A stretch of 64,000 nt of DNA from Eledone cirrhosa. Taxonomy: Eukaryota. The notes beneath the pieces are model-generated. The model was not told the DNA's origin and did no database searches. It saw nothing but the letters and a program-made list of their open reading frames with translations. The position numbers and the translations under genes were made by a program. The stretch is from contig OZ024745.1 of NCBI GenBank assembly GCA_964016885.1, positions 2,852,001-2,916,000 on the forward strand. Direction: 5' to 3'. Below are positions 29,301-44,300 of the stretch, in pieces (position 1 is the stretch's first letter; each line of letters starts with the position of its first letter).

Positions 29301-32300
29301 CTATAGAACTGTTCTATAGTGACACACCATCCTACTATACAACTGTTCTATAGTGACACACCATCCTACTATAGAACTGTTCTATAGTGTCACCCCTAAT
29401 ATATCTGGTGACACACCATCCTACTATAGAACTGTTCTATAGTGTCACCCCTAATATATCTGGTGACACACCATCCTACTATAGAACTGTTCTATAGTGA
29501 CACACCATCCTACTATAGAACTGTTCTATAGTGACACACCATCCTACTATAGAACTGTTCTATAGTGTCACCCCTAATATATCTAGTGACACACCATCCT
29601 ACTATAGAACTGTTCTATAGTGACACCCCTAATATATCTGGTGACACACCATCCTACTATAGAACTGTTCTATAGTGTCACCCCTAATATATCTGGTGAC
29701 ACACCATATTACTATAGAACTGTTCTATAGTGTCACCCCTAATATATCTGGTGACACACCATCCTACTATAGAACTGTTCTATAGTGTCACCCCTAATAT
29801 ATCTGGTGACACACCATCCTCCAATAGAACTGTTCTATAGTGTCACCCCTAATATATCTGGTGACACACCATCCTACTATAGAACTGTTCTATAGTGACA
29901 CACCATCCTACTATAGAACTGTTCTATAGTGACACACCATCCTACTATAGAACTGTTCTATAGTGTCACCCCTAATATATCTGGTGACACGCCATCCTAC
30001 TATAGAACTGTTCTATAGTGACACACCATCCTACTATACAACTGTTCTATAGTGACACACCATCCTACTATAGAACTGTTCTATAGTGACACACCATCCT
30101 ACTATAGAACTGTTCTATAGTGACACACCATCCTACTATAGAACTGTTCTATAGTGACACACCATCCTACTATAGAACTGTTCTATAGTGTCACCCCTAA
30201 TATATCTGATGACACACCATCCTCCTATAGAACTGTTCTATAGTGTCACCCCTAATATATCTGGTGACACACCATCCTACTATAGAACTGTTCTATCGTG
30301 ACACACCATCCTCCTATAGAACTGTTCTATAGTGACACACCATCCTACTATAGAACTGTTCTATAGTGACACACCATCCTACTATAGAACTGTTCTATAG
30401 TGTCACCCCCAATATATCTGGTGACACACCATCCTACTATACAACTGTTCTATAGTGACACACCATCCTACTATAGAACTGTTCTATAGTGACACACATT
30501 CCTACTATAGAACTGTTCTATAGTGTCACACCATCCTACTATAGAACTGTTCTATAGTGACACACCATCCTACTATAGAACTGTTCTATAGTGTCACCCC
30601 CAATATATCTGGTGACACACCATCCTACTATAGAACTGTTCTATAGTGACACACATTCCTACTATAGAACTGTTCTATAGTGTCACACCATCCTACTATA
30701 GAACTGTTCTATAGTGACACACCATCCTACTATAGAACTGTTCTATAGTGTCACACCATCCTACTATAGAACTGTTCTATAGTGACACACCATCCTACTA
30801 TAGAACTGTTCTATAGTGTCACCCCCAATATATCTGGTGACACACCATCCTACTATAGAACTGTTCTATAGTGTCACCCCTAATATATCTGGTGACACAC
30901 CATCCTACTATAGAACTGTTCTATAGTGACACACCATCCTACTATAGAACTGTTCTATAGTGACACACCATACTACTATAGAACTGTTCTATAGTGTCAC
31001 ACCATCCTACTATAGAACTGTTCTATAGTGACACACATTCCTACTATAGAACTGTTCTATAGTGACACACCATCCTAGTATAGAACTGTTCTATAGTGTC
31101 ACCCCCAATATATCTGGTGACACACCATCCTACTATAGAACTGTTCTATAGTGACACACCATCCTACTATAGAACTGTTCTATAGTGACACACCATCCTA
31201 CTATACAACTGTTCTATAGTGACACACCATCCTACTATACAACTGTTCTATAGTGACACACTATCCTACTATAGAACTGTTCTATAGTGTCACCCCCAAT
31301 ATATCTGGTGACACACCATCCTACTATAGAACTGTTCTATAGTGACACACCATCCTACTATAGAACTGTTCTATAGTGACACACCATCCTACTATAGAAC
31401 TGTTCTATAGTGTCACCCCTAATATATCTGGTGACACACCATCCTACTATAGAACTGTTCTATAGTGTCACCCCTAATATATCTGGTGACACACCATCCT
31501 ACTATAGAACTGTTCTATAGTGTCACCCCCAATATATCTGGTGACACACCATCCTACTATAGAACTGTTCTATAGTGTCACCCCTCACAGATCTGGTGAC
31601 ACACCATCCTACTATAGAACTGTTCTATAGTGACACACCATCCTACTATAGAACTGTTATATAGTGATACACCATCCTACTATAGAAGTGTTCTATAGTG
31701 ACACACAATCCTACTATAGAACTGTTCTATAGTGACACACCATCCTACTATAGAACTGTTCTATAGTGACACACCATCCTACTATAGAACTGTTCTATAG
31801 TGTCACACCATCCTACTATAGAACTGTTCTATAGTGACACACATTCCTACTATAGAACTGTTCTATAGTGACACACCATCCTAGTATAGAACTGTTCTAT
31901 AGTGTCACCCCCAATATATCTGGTGACACACCATCCTACTATAGAACTGTTCTATAGTGACACACCATCCTACTATACAACTGTTCTATAGTGACACACC
32001 ATCCTACTATACAACTGTTCTATAGTGACACACCATCCTACTATACAACTGTTCTATAGTGACACACTATCCTACTATAGAACTGTTCTATAGTGTCACC
32101 CCCAATATATCTGGTGACACACCATCCTACTATAGAACTGTTCTATAGTGACACACCATCCTACTATAGAACTGTTCTATAGTGACACACCATCCTACTA
32201 TAGAACTGTTCTATAGTGTCACCCCTAATATATCTGGTGACACACCATCCTACTATAGAACTGTTCTATAGTGTCACCCCTAATATATCTGGTGACACAC

Positions 32301-35300
32301 CATCCTACTATAGAACTGTTCTATAGTGTCACCCCCAATATATCTGGTGACACACCATCCTACTATAGAACTGTTCTATAGTGTCACCCCTCACAGATCT
32401 GGTGACACACCATCCTACTATAGAACTGTTCTATAGTGACACACCATCCTACTATAGAACTGTTATATAGTGATACACCATCCTACTATAGAAGTGTTCT
32501 ATAGTGACACACAATCCTACTATAGAACTGTTCTATAGTGACACACCATCCTACTATAGAACTGTTCTATAGTGACACCCCTAATATATCTGGTGACACA
32601 CCATCCTACTATAGAACTGTTCTATAGTGTCACCCCTAATATATCTGGTGACACACCATCCTACTATAGAACTGTTCTATAGTGACACACCATCCTACTA
32701 TAGAACTGTTCTATAGTGTCACCCCTAATATATCTTGTGACACACCATCCTACTATAGAACTGTTCTATAGTGACACACCATCCTACTATAGAACCGTTC
32801 TATAGTGACACACCATCCTACTATAGAACTCTTCTATAGTGTCACCCCTAATATATCTGGTGACACACCATCCTACTATAGAACTGTTCTATAGTGACAC
32901 ACCATCCTACTATAGAACTGTTCTATAGTGACACACCATCCTACTATAGAACTGTTCTATAGTGACACACCATCCTACTATAGAACTGTTCTATAGTGAC
33001 ACACCATCCTACTACAGAACTGTTCTATAGTGTCACCCCTAATATATCTGGTGACACACCATCCTACTATAGAACTGTTCTATAGTGACACACCATCCTA
33101 CTATACAACTGTTCTATAGTGACACACCATCCTACTATAGAACTGTTCTATAGTGTCACCCCCAATATATCTGGTGACACACCATCCTACTATAGAACTG
33201 TTCTATAGTGTCACCCCTAATATATCTGCTGACACACCATCCTACTATAGAACTGTTCTATAGTGAAACACCATCCTACTATACAACTGTTCTATAGTGA
33301 CACACCATCCTACTATAGAACTGTTCAATAGTGTCACCCTTAATATATCTGGTGACACACCATCCTACTATAGAACTGTTCTATAGTGTCACCCCTAATA
33401 TATCTGGTGACACACCATCCTACTATAGAACTGTTCTATAGTGACACACCATCCTACTATAGAACTGTTCTATAGTGACACACCATCCTACTATAGAACT
33501 GTTCTATAGTGTCACACCATCCTACTATAAAACTGTTCTATAGTGAGACACCATCCTACTATAGAACTGTTCTATAGTAACACACCATCCTACTATAGAA
33601 CTGTTCTATAGTGACACACCATCCTACTATAGAACTGTTCTATAGTGTCACCCCTAATATATCTGGTGACACACCATCCTACTATAGAACTGTTCTATAG
33701 TGTCACCCCCAATATATCTGGTGACACACCATCCTACTATAGAACTGTTCTATAGTGACACACATTCCTACTATAAAACTGTTCTATAGTGTCACACCAT
33801 CCTACTATAGAACTGTTCTATAGTGACACACCATCCTACTATAGAACTGTTCTATAGTGTCACCCCCAATATATCTGGTGACACACCATCCTACTATAGA
33901 ACTGTTCTATAGTGACACACATTCCTACTATAGAACTGTTCTATAGTGTCACACCATCCTACTATAGAACTGTTCTATAATGACACACCATCCTACTATA
34001 GAACTGTTCTATAGTGTCACACCATCCTACTATAGAACTGTTCTATAGTGACACACCATCCTACTATAGAACTGTTCTATAGTGACACACCATCCTACTA
34101 TAGAACTGTTCTATAGTGTCACCCCCAATATATCTGGTGACACACCATCCTACTATAGAACTGTTCTATAGTGACACACCATCCTACTATAGAACTGTTC
34201 TATAGTGACACACCATCCTACTATAGAACTGTTCTATAGTGACACACCATCCTACTATAGAACTGTTCTATAGTGACACACCATCCTACTATAGAACTGT
34301 TCTATAGTGACACACCATCCTACTATAGAACTGTTCTATAGTGTCACCCCCAATATATCTGGTGACACACCATCCTACTATAGAACTGTTCTATAGTGAC
34401 ACACCATCCTACTATAGAACTGTTCTATAGTGTCACCCCTAATATATCTGGTGACACACCATCCTACTATAGAACTGTTCTATAGTGACACACCATCCTA
34501 CTATACAACTGTTCTATAGTGACACACCATCCTACTATAGTACTGTTCTATAGTGTCACCCCCAATATATCTGGTGACACACCATCCTACTATAGAACTG
34601 TTCTATAGTGACACACCATCCTACTATAGAACTGTTCTATAGTGTCACCCCTAATATATCTGGTAACACACCATCCTACTATAGAACTGTTCTATAGTGT
34701 CACCCCTAATATATCTGGTGACACACCATCCTACTATAGAACAGTTCTATAGTGTCACCCCTAATATATCTGGTGACACACCATCCTACTATAGAACTGT
34801 TCTATAGTGTCACCCCTAATATATCTGCTGACACACCATCCTACTATAGAACTGTTCTATATTGTCACCCCCAATATATCTGGTGACACACCATCCTACT
34901 ATAGAACTGTTTTATAGTGTCACCCCTAATATATCTGCTGACACACCATCCTACTATAGAACTGTTCTATAGTGACACACCATCCTACTATACAACTGTT
35001 CTATAGTGACACACCATCCTACTATAGAACTGTTCTATAGTGTCACCCCTAATATATATGGTGACACACCATCCTACTATAGAACTGTTCTATAGTGTCA
35101 CCCCTAATATATCTGGTGACACACCATCCTACTATAGAACTGTTCTATAGTGACACACCATCCTACTATAGAACTGTTCTATAGTGACACACCATCCTAC
35201 TATAGAACTGTTCTATAGTGTCACCCCTAATATATCTGGTGACACACGATCCTACTATAGAACTGTTCTATAGTGACACCCCTAATATATCTGGTGACAC

Positions 35301-38300
35301 ACCATCCTACTATAGAACTGTTCTATAGTGTCACCCCTAATATATCTGGTGACACACCATCCTACTATAGAACTGTTCTATAGTGTCACCCCTAATATAT
35401 CTGGTGACACACCATCCTACTATAGAACTGTTCTATAGTGTCACCTCTAATATATCTGGTGACACACCATCCTACAATAGAACTGTTCTATAGTGTCACC
35501 CCTAATATATCTGGTGACACACCATCCTACTATAGAACTGTTCTATAGTGATACACCATCCTACTATAGAACTGTTCTATAGTGACACACCATCCTACTA
35601 TAGAACTGTTCTATAGTGACACACCATCCTACTATAGAACTGTTCTATAGTGTCACCCCTAATATATCTGGTGACACACCATCCTACTATAGAACTGTTC
35701 TATAGTGACACACCATCCTACTATACAACTGTTCTATAGTGACACACCATCCTGCAATAGAACTGTTCTATAGTGACACACCATCCTACTATAGAACTGT
35801 TCTATAGTGACACACCATCCTACTATAGAACTGTTCTATAGTGACACACCATCCTACTATAGAACTGTTCTATAGTGTCACCCCTAATATATCTGATGAC
35901 ACACCATCCTCCTATAGAACTGTTCTATAGTGTCACCCCTAATATATCTGGTGACACAACATCCTACTATAGAACTGTTCTATCGTGACACACCATCCTC
36001 TTATAGAACTGTTCTATAGTGACACACCATCCTACTATAGAACTGTTCTATAGTGACACACCATCCTACTATAGAACTGTTCTATAGTGTCACCCCCAAT
36101 ATATCTGGTGACACACCATCCTACTATACAACTGTTCTATAGTGACACACCATCCTACTATAGAACTGTTCTATAGTGACACACATTCCTACTATAGAAC
36201 TGTTCTATAGTGTCACACCATCCTACTATAGAACTGTTCTATAGTGACACACCATCCTACTATAGAACTGTTCTATAGTGTCACCCCCAATATATCTGGT
36301 GACAGACCATCCTACTATAGAACTGTTCTATAGTGTCACCCCTAATATATCTGGTGACACACCATCCTACTATAGAACTGTTCTATAGTGACACACCATC
36401 CTACTATAGAACTGTTCTATAGTGTCACACCATCCTACTATAGAACTGTTCTATAGTGACACACATTCCTACTATAGAACTGTTCTATAGTGACACACAT
36501 CCCTACTATAGAACTGTTCTATAGTGACACACCATCCTACTATACAACTGTTCTATAGTGTCACACCATCCTACTATAGAACTGTTCTATAGTGACACAC
36601 CATCCTACTATAGAACTGTTCTATAGTGACACACCATCCTAGTATAGAACTGTTCTATAGTGTCACCCCCAATATATCTGGTGACACACCATCCTACTAT
36701 AGAACTGTTCTATAGTGACACACCATCCTACTATACAACTGTTCTATAGTGACACACCATCCTACTATAGAACTGTTCTATAGTGACACACCATCCTACT
36801 ATAGAACTGTTCTATAGTGACACACCATCCTACTATAGAACTGTTCTATAGTGTCACCCCTAATATATCTGGTGACACACCACCCTACTATAGAACTGTT
36901 CTATAGTGTCACCCCTAATATATCTGGTGAGACACCATCCTACTATAGAACTGTTCTATAGTGTCACCCCCAATATATCTGGTGACACACCATCCTACTA
37001 TAGAACTGTTCTATAGTGTCACCCCTCACATATCTGGTGACACACCATCCTACTATAGAACTGTTCTATAGTGACACACCATCCTACTATAGAACTGTTC
37101 TATAGTGACACACCATCCTACTATATAACTGTTCTATAGTGACACACCATCCTACTATAGAACTGTTATATAGTGATACACCATCCTACTATAGAAGTGT
37201 TCTATAGTGACACACAATCCTACTATAGAACTGTTCTATAGTGACACACCATCCTACTATAGAACTGTTCTATAGTGTCACCCCCAATATATCTGGTGAC
37301 ACACCATCCTACTATAGAACTGTTCTATCGTGTCACCCCTAATATATCTGCTGACACACCATCCTACTATAGAACTGTTCTATAGTGACACACCATCCTA
37401 CTATACAACTGTTCTATAGTGACACACCATCCTACTATAGAACTGTTCTATAGTGTCACCCCTAATATATCTGGTGACACACCATCCTACTATAGAACTG
37501 TTCTATAGTGTCACCCCTAATATATCTGGTGACACACCATCCTACTATAGAACTGTTCTATAGTGACACACCATCCTACTATAGAACTGTTCTATAGTGA
37601 CACACCATCCTACTATAGAACTGTTCTATAGTGTCACACAATCCTACTATAAAACTGTTCTATAGTGAGACACCATCCTACTATAGTACTGTTCTATAGT
37701 AACACACCATCCTACTATAGAACTGTTCTATAGTGACACACCATCCTACTATAGAACTGTTCTATAGTGTCACCCCTAATATATCTGGTGACACACAATC
37801 CTACTATAGAACTGTTCTATAGTGTCACCCCCAATATATCTGGTGACACACCATCCTACTATAGAACTGTTCTATAGTGACACACATTCCTACTATAAAA
37901 CTGTTCTATAGTGTCACACCATCCTACTATAGAACTGTTCTATAGTGACACACCATCCTACTATAGAACTGTTCTATAGTGACACACCATCCTACTATAG
38001 AACTGTTCTATAGTGTCACCCCCAATATATCTGGTGACACACCATCCTACTATAGAACTGTTCTATAGTGACACACATTCCTACTATAGAACTGTTCTAT
38101 AGTGTCACACCATCCTACTATAGAACTGTTCTATAGTGACACACCATCCTACTATAGATCTGTTCTATAGTGTCACACCATCCTACTATAGAACTGTTCT
38201 ATAGTGACACACCATCCTACTATAGAACTGTTCTATAGTGACACACCATCCTACTATAGAACTGTTCTATAGTGTCACCCCCAATATATCTGGTGACACA

Positions 38301-41300
38301 CCATCCTACTATAGAACTGTTCTATAGTGACACACCATCCTACTATAGAACTGTTTTATAGTGACACACCATCCTACTATAGAACTGTTCTATAGTGACA
38401 CACCATCCTACTATAGAACTGTTCTATAGTGACACACCATCCTACTATAGAACTGTTCTATAGTGACACACCATCCTACTATAGAACTGTTCTATAGTGT
38501 CACCCCCAATATATCTGGTGACACACCATCCTACTATAGAACTGTTCTATAGTGACACACCATCCTACTATAGAACTGTTCTATAGTGTCACCCCTAATA
38601 TATCTGGTGACACACCATCCTACTATAGAACTGTTCTATAGTGACACACCATCCTACTATAGAACTGTTCTATAGTGACACACCATCCTACTATAGAACT
38701 GTTCTATAGTGTCACCCCTAATATATCTGGTAACACACCATCCTACTATAGAACTGTTCTATAGTGTCACCCCTAATATATCTGGTGACACACCATCCTA
38801 CTATAGAACAGTTCTATAATGTCACCCCTAATATATCTGGTGACACACCATCCTACTATAGAACTGTTCTATAGTGTCACCCCTAATATATCTGCTGACA
38901 CACCATCCTACTATAGAACTGTTCTATATTGTCACCCCCAATATATCTGGTGACACACCATCCTACTATAGAACTGTTCTATAGTGTCACCCCTAATATA
39001 TCTGCTGACACACCATCCTACTATAGAACTGTTCTATAGTGACACACCATCCTACTATACAACTGTTCTATAGTGACACACCATCCTACTATAGAACTGT
39101 TCTATAGTGTCACCCCTAATATATATGGTGACACACGATCCTACTATAGAACTGTTCTATAGTGACACCCCTAATATATCTGGTGACACACCATCCTACT
39201 ATAGAACTGTTCTATAGTGTCACCCCTAATATATCTGGTGACACACCATCCTACTATAGAACTGTTCTATAGTGTCACCCCTAATACATCTGGTGACACA
39301 CCATCCTACTATAGAACTGTTCTATAGTGTCACCCCTAATATATCTGGTGACACACCATCCTACAATAGAACTGTTCTATAGTGTCACCCCTAATATATC
39401 TGGTGACACACCATCCTACTATAGAACTGTTCTATAGTGATACACCATCCTACTATAGAACTGTTCTATAGTGACACACCATCCTACTATAGAACTGTTC
39501 TATAATGACACACCATCCTACTATAGAACTGTTCTATAGTGTCACCCCTAATATATCTGGTGACACACCATCCTACTATAGAACTGTTCTATAGTGACAC
39601 ACCATCCTACTATACAACTGTTCTATAGTGACACACCATCCTACTATAGAACTGTTCTATAGTGACACACCATCCTACTATACAACTGTTCTATAGTGAC
39701 ACACCATCCTACTATAGAACTGTTCTATAGTGACACACCATCCTACTATAGAACTGTTCTATAGTGTCACCCCTAATATATCTGATGACACACCATCCTC
39801 CTATAGAACTGTTCTATAGTGTCACCCCTAATATATCTGGTGACACACCATCCTACTATAGAACTGTTCTATCGTGACACACCATCCTCCTATAGAACTG
39901 TTCTATAGTGACACACCATCCTACTATAGAACTGTTCTATAGTGACACACCATCCTACTATAGAACTGTTCTATAGTGTCACCCCCAATATATCTGGTGA
40001 CACACCATCCTACTATACAACTGTTCTATAGTGACACACCATCCTACTATAGAACTGTTCTATAGTGACACACATTCCTACTATAGAACTGTTCTATAGT
40101 GTCACACCATCCTACTATAGAACTGTTCTATAGTGACACACCATCCTACTATAGAACTGTTCTATAGTGTCACCCCCAATATATCTGGTGACACACCATC
40201 CTACTATAGAACTGTTCTATAGTGTCACCCCTAATATATCTGGTGACACACCATCCTACTATAGAACTGTTCTATAGTGACACACCATCCTACTATAGAA
40301 CTGTTCTATAGTGACACACCATCCTACTATAGAACTGTTCTATAGTGTCACACCATCCTACTATAGAACTGTTCTATAGTGACACACATTCCTACTATAG
40401 AACTGTTCTATAGTGACACACATCCCTACTATAGAACTGTTCTATAGTGACACACCATCCTACTATACAACTGTTCTATAGTGTCACACCATCCTACTAT
40501 AGAACTGTTCTATAGTGACACACCATCCTACTATAGAACTGTTCTATAGTGACACACCATCCTAGTATAGAACTGTTCTATAGTGTCACCCCCAATATAT
40601 CAGGTGACACACCATCCTACTATAGAACTGTTCTATAGTGACACACCATCCTACTATACAACTGTTCTATAGTGTCACCCCCAATATATCTGGTGACACA
40701 CCATCCTACTATACAACTGTTCTATAGTGACACACCATCCTACTATAGAACTGTTCTATAGTGACACACATTCCTACTATAGAACTGTTCTATAGTGTCA
40801 CACCATCCTACTATAGAACTGTTCTATAGTGACACACCATCCTACTATAGAACTGTTCTATAGTGTCACCCCCAATATATCTGGTGACAGACCATCCTAC
40901 TATAGAACTGTTCTATAGTGTCACCCCTAATATATCTGGTGACACACCATCCTACTATAGAACTGTTCTATAGTGACACACCATCCTACTATAGAACTGT
41001 TCTATAGTGACACACCATCCTACTATAGAACTGTTCTATAGTGTCACACCATCCTACTATAGAACTGTTCTATAGTGACACACATTCCTACTATAGAACT
41101 GTTCTATAGTGACACACATCCCTACTATAGAACTGTTCTATAGTGACACACCATCCTACTATACAACTGTTCTATAGTGTCACACCATCCTACTATAGAA
41201 CTGTTCTATAGTGACACACCATCCTACTATAGAACTGTTCTATAGTGACACACCATCCTAGTATAGAACTGTTCTATAGTGTCACCCCCAATATATCTGG

Positions 41301-44300
41301 TGACACACCATCCTACTATAGAACTGTTCTATAGTGACACACCATCCTACTATACAACTGTTCTATAGTGACACACCATCCTACTATAGAACTGTTCTAT
41401 AGTGACACACCATCCTACTATAGAACTGTTCTATAGTGACACACCATCCTACTATAGAACTGTTCTATAGTGTCACCCCTAATATATCTGGTGACACACC
41501 ACCCTACTATAGAACTGTTCTATAGTGTCACCCCTAATATATCTGGTGAGACACCATCCTACTATAGAACTGTTCTATAGTGTCACCCCCAATATATCTG
41601 GTGACACACCATCCTACTATAGAACTGTTCTATAGTGTCACCCCTCACATATCTGGTGACACACCATCCTACTATAGAACTGTTCTATAGTGACACACCA
41701 TCCTACTATAGAACTGTTCTATAGTGACACACCATCCTACTATATAACTGTTCTATAGTGACACACCATCCTACTATAGAACTGTTATATAGTGATACAC
41801 CATCCTACTATAGAAGTGTTCTATAGTGACACACAATCCTACTATAGAACTGTTCTATAGTGACACACCATCCTACTATAGAACTGTTCTATAGTGTCAC
41901 CCCCAATATATCTGGTGACACACCATCCTACTATAGAACTGTTCTATCGTGTCACCCCTAATATATCTGCTGACACACCATCCTACTATAGAACTGTTCT
42001 ATAGTGACACACCATCCTACTATACAACTGTTCTATAGTGACACACCATCCTACTATAGAACTGTTCTATAGTGTCACCCCTAATATATCTGGTGACACA
42101 CCATCCTACTATAGAACTGTTCTATAGTGTCACCCCTAATATATCTGGTGACACACCATCCTACTATAGAACTGTTCTATAGTGACACACCATCCTACTA
42201 TAGAACTGTTCTATAGTGACACACCATCCTACTATAGAACTGTTCTATAGTGTCACACCATCCTACTATAAAACTGTTCTATAGTGAGACACCATCCTAC
42301 TATAGTACTGTTCTATAGTAACACACCATCCTACTATAGAACTGTTCTATAGTGACACACCATCCTACTATAGAACTGTTCTATAGTGTCACCCCTAATA
42401 TATCTGGTGACACACAATCCTACTATAGAACTGTTCTATAGTGTCACCCCCAATATATCTGGTGACACACCATCCTACTATAGAACTGTTCTATAGTGAC
42501 ACACATTCCTACTATAAAACTGTTCTATAGTGTCACACCATCCTACTATAGAACTGTTCTATAGTGACACACCATCCTACTATAGAACTGTTCTATAGTG
42601 ACACACCATCCTACTATAGAACTGTTCTATAGTGTCACCCCCAATATATCTGGTGACACACCATCCTACTATAGAACTGTTCTATAGTGACACACATTCC
42701 TACTATAGAACTGTTCTATAGTGTCACACCATCCTACTATAGAACTGTTCTATAGTGACACACCATCCTACTATAGAACTGTTCTATAGTGTCACACCAT
42801 CCTACTATAGAACTGTTCTATAGTGACACACCATCCTACTATAGAACTGTTCTATAGTGACACACCATCCTACTATAGAACTGTTCTATAGTGTCACCCC
42901 CAATATATCTGGTGACACACCATCCTACTATAGAACTGTTCTATAGTGACACACCATCCTACTATAGAACTGTTTTATAGTGACACACCATCCTACTATA
43001 GAACTGTTCTATAGTGACACACCATCCTACTATAGAACTGTTCTATAGTGACACACCATCCTACTATAGAACTGTTCTATAGTGACACACCATCCTACTA
43101 TAGAACTGTTCTATAGTGTCACCCCCAATATATCTGGTGACACACCATCCTACTATAGAACTGTTCTATAGTGACACACCATCCTACTATAGAACTGTTC
43201 TATAGTGTCACCCCTAATATATCTGGTGACACACCATCCTACTATAGAACTGTTCTATAGTGACACACCATCCTACTATAGAACTGTTCTATAGTGACAC
43301 ACCATCCTACTATAGAACTGTTCTATAGTGTCACCCCTAATATATCTGGTAACACACCATCCTACTATAGAACTGTTCTATAGTGTCACCCCTAATATAT
43401 CTGGTGACACACCATCCTACTATAGAACAGTTCTATAATGTCACCCCTAATATATCTGGTGACACACCATCCTACTATAGAACTGTTCTATAGTGTCACC
43501 CCTAATATATCTGCTGACACACCATCCTACTATAGAACTGTTCTATATTGTCACCCCCAATATATCTGGTGACACACCATCCTACTATAGAACTGTTCTA
43601 TAGTGTCACCCCTAATATATCTGCTGACACACCATCCTACTATAGAACTGTTCTATAGTGACACACCATCCTACTATACAACTGTTCTATAGTGACACAC
43701 CATCCTACTATAGAACTGTTCTATAGTGTCACCCCTAATATATATGGTGACACACGATCCTACTATAGAACTGTTCTATAGTGACACCCCTAATATATCT
43801 GGTGACACACCATCCTACTATAGAACTGTTCTATAGTGTCACCCCTAATATATCTGGTGACACACCATCCTACTATAGAACTGTTCTATAGTGTCACCCC
43901 TAATACATCTGGTGACACACCATCCTACTATAGAAATGTTCTATAGTGTCACCCCTAATATATCTGGTGACACACCATCCTACAATAGAACTGTTCTATA
44001 GTGTCACCCCTAATATATCTGGTGACACACCATCCTACTATAGAACTGTTCTATAGTGATACACCATCCTACTATAGAACTGTTCTATAGTGACACACCA
44101 TCCTACTATAGAACTGTTCTATAATGACACACCATCCTACTATAGAACTGTTCTATAGTGTCACCCCTAATATATCTGGTGAAACACCATCCTACTATAG
44201 AACTGTTCTATAGTGACACACCATCCTACTATACAACTGTTCTATAGTGACACACCATCCTACTATAGAACTGTTCTATAGTGACACACCATCCTACTAT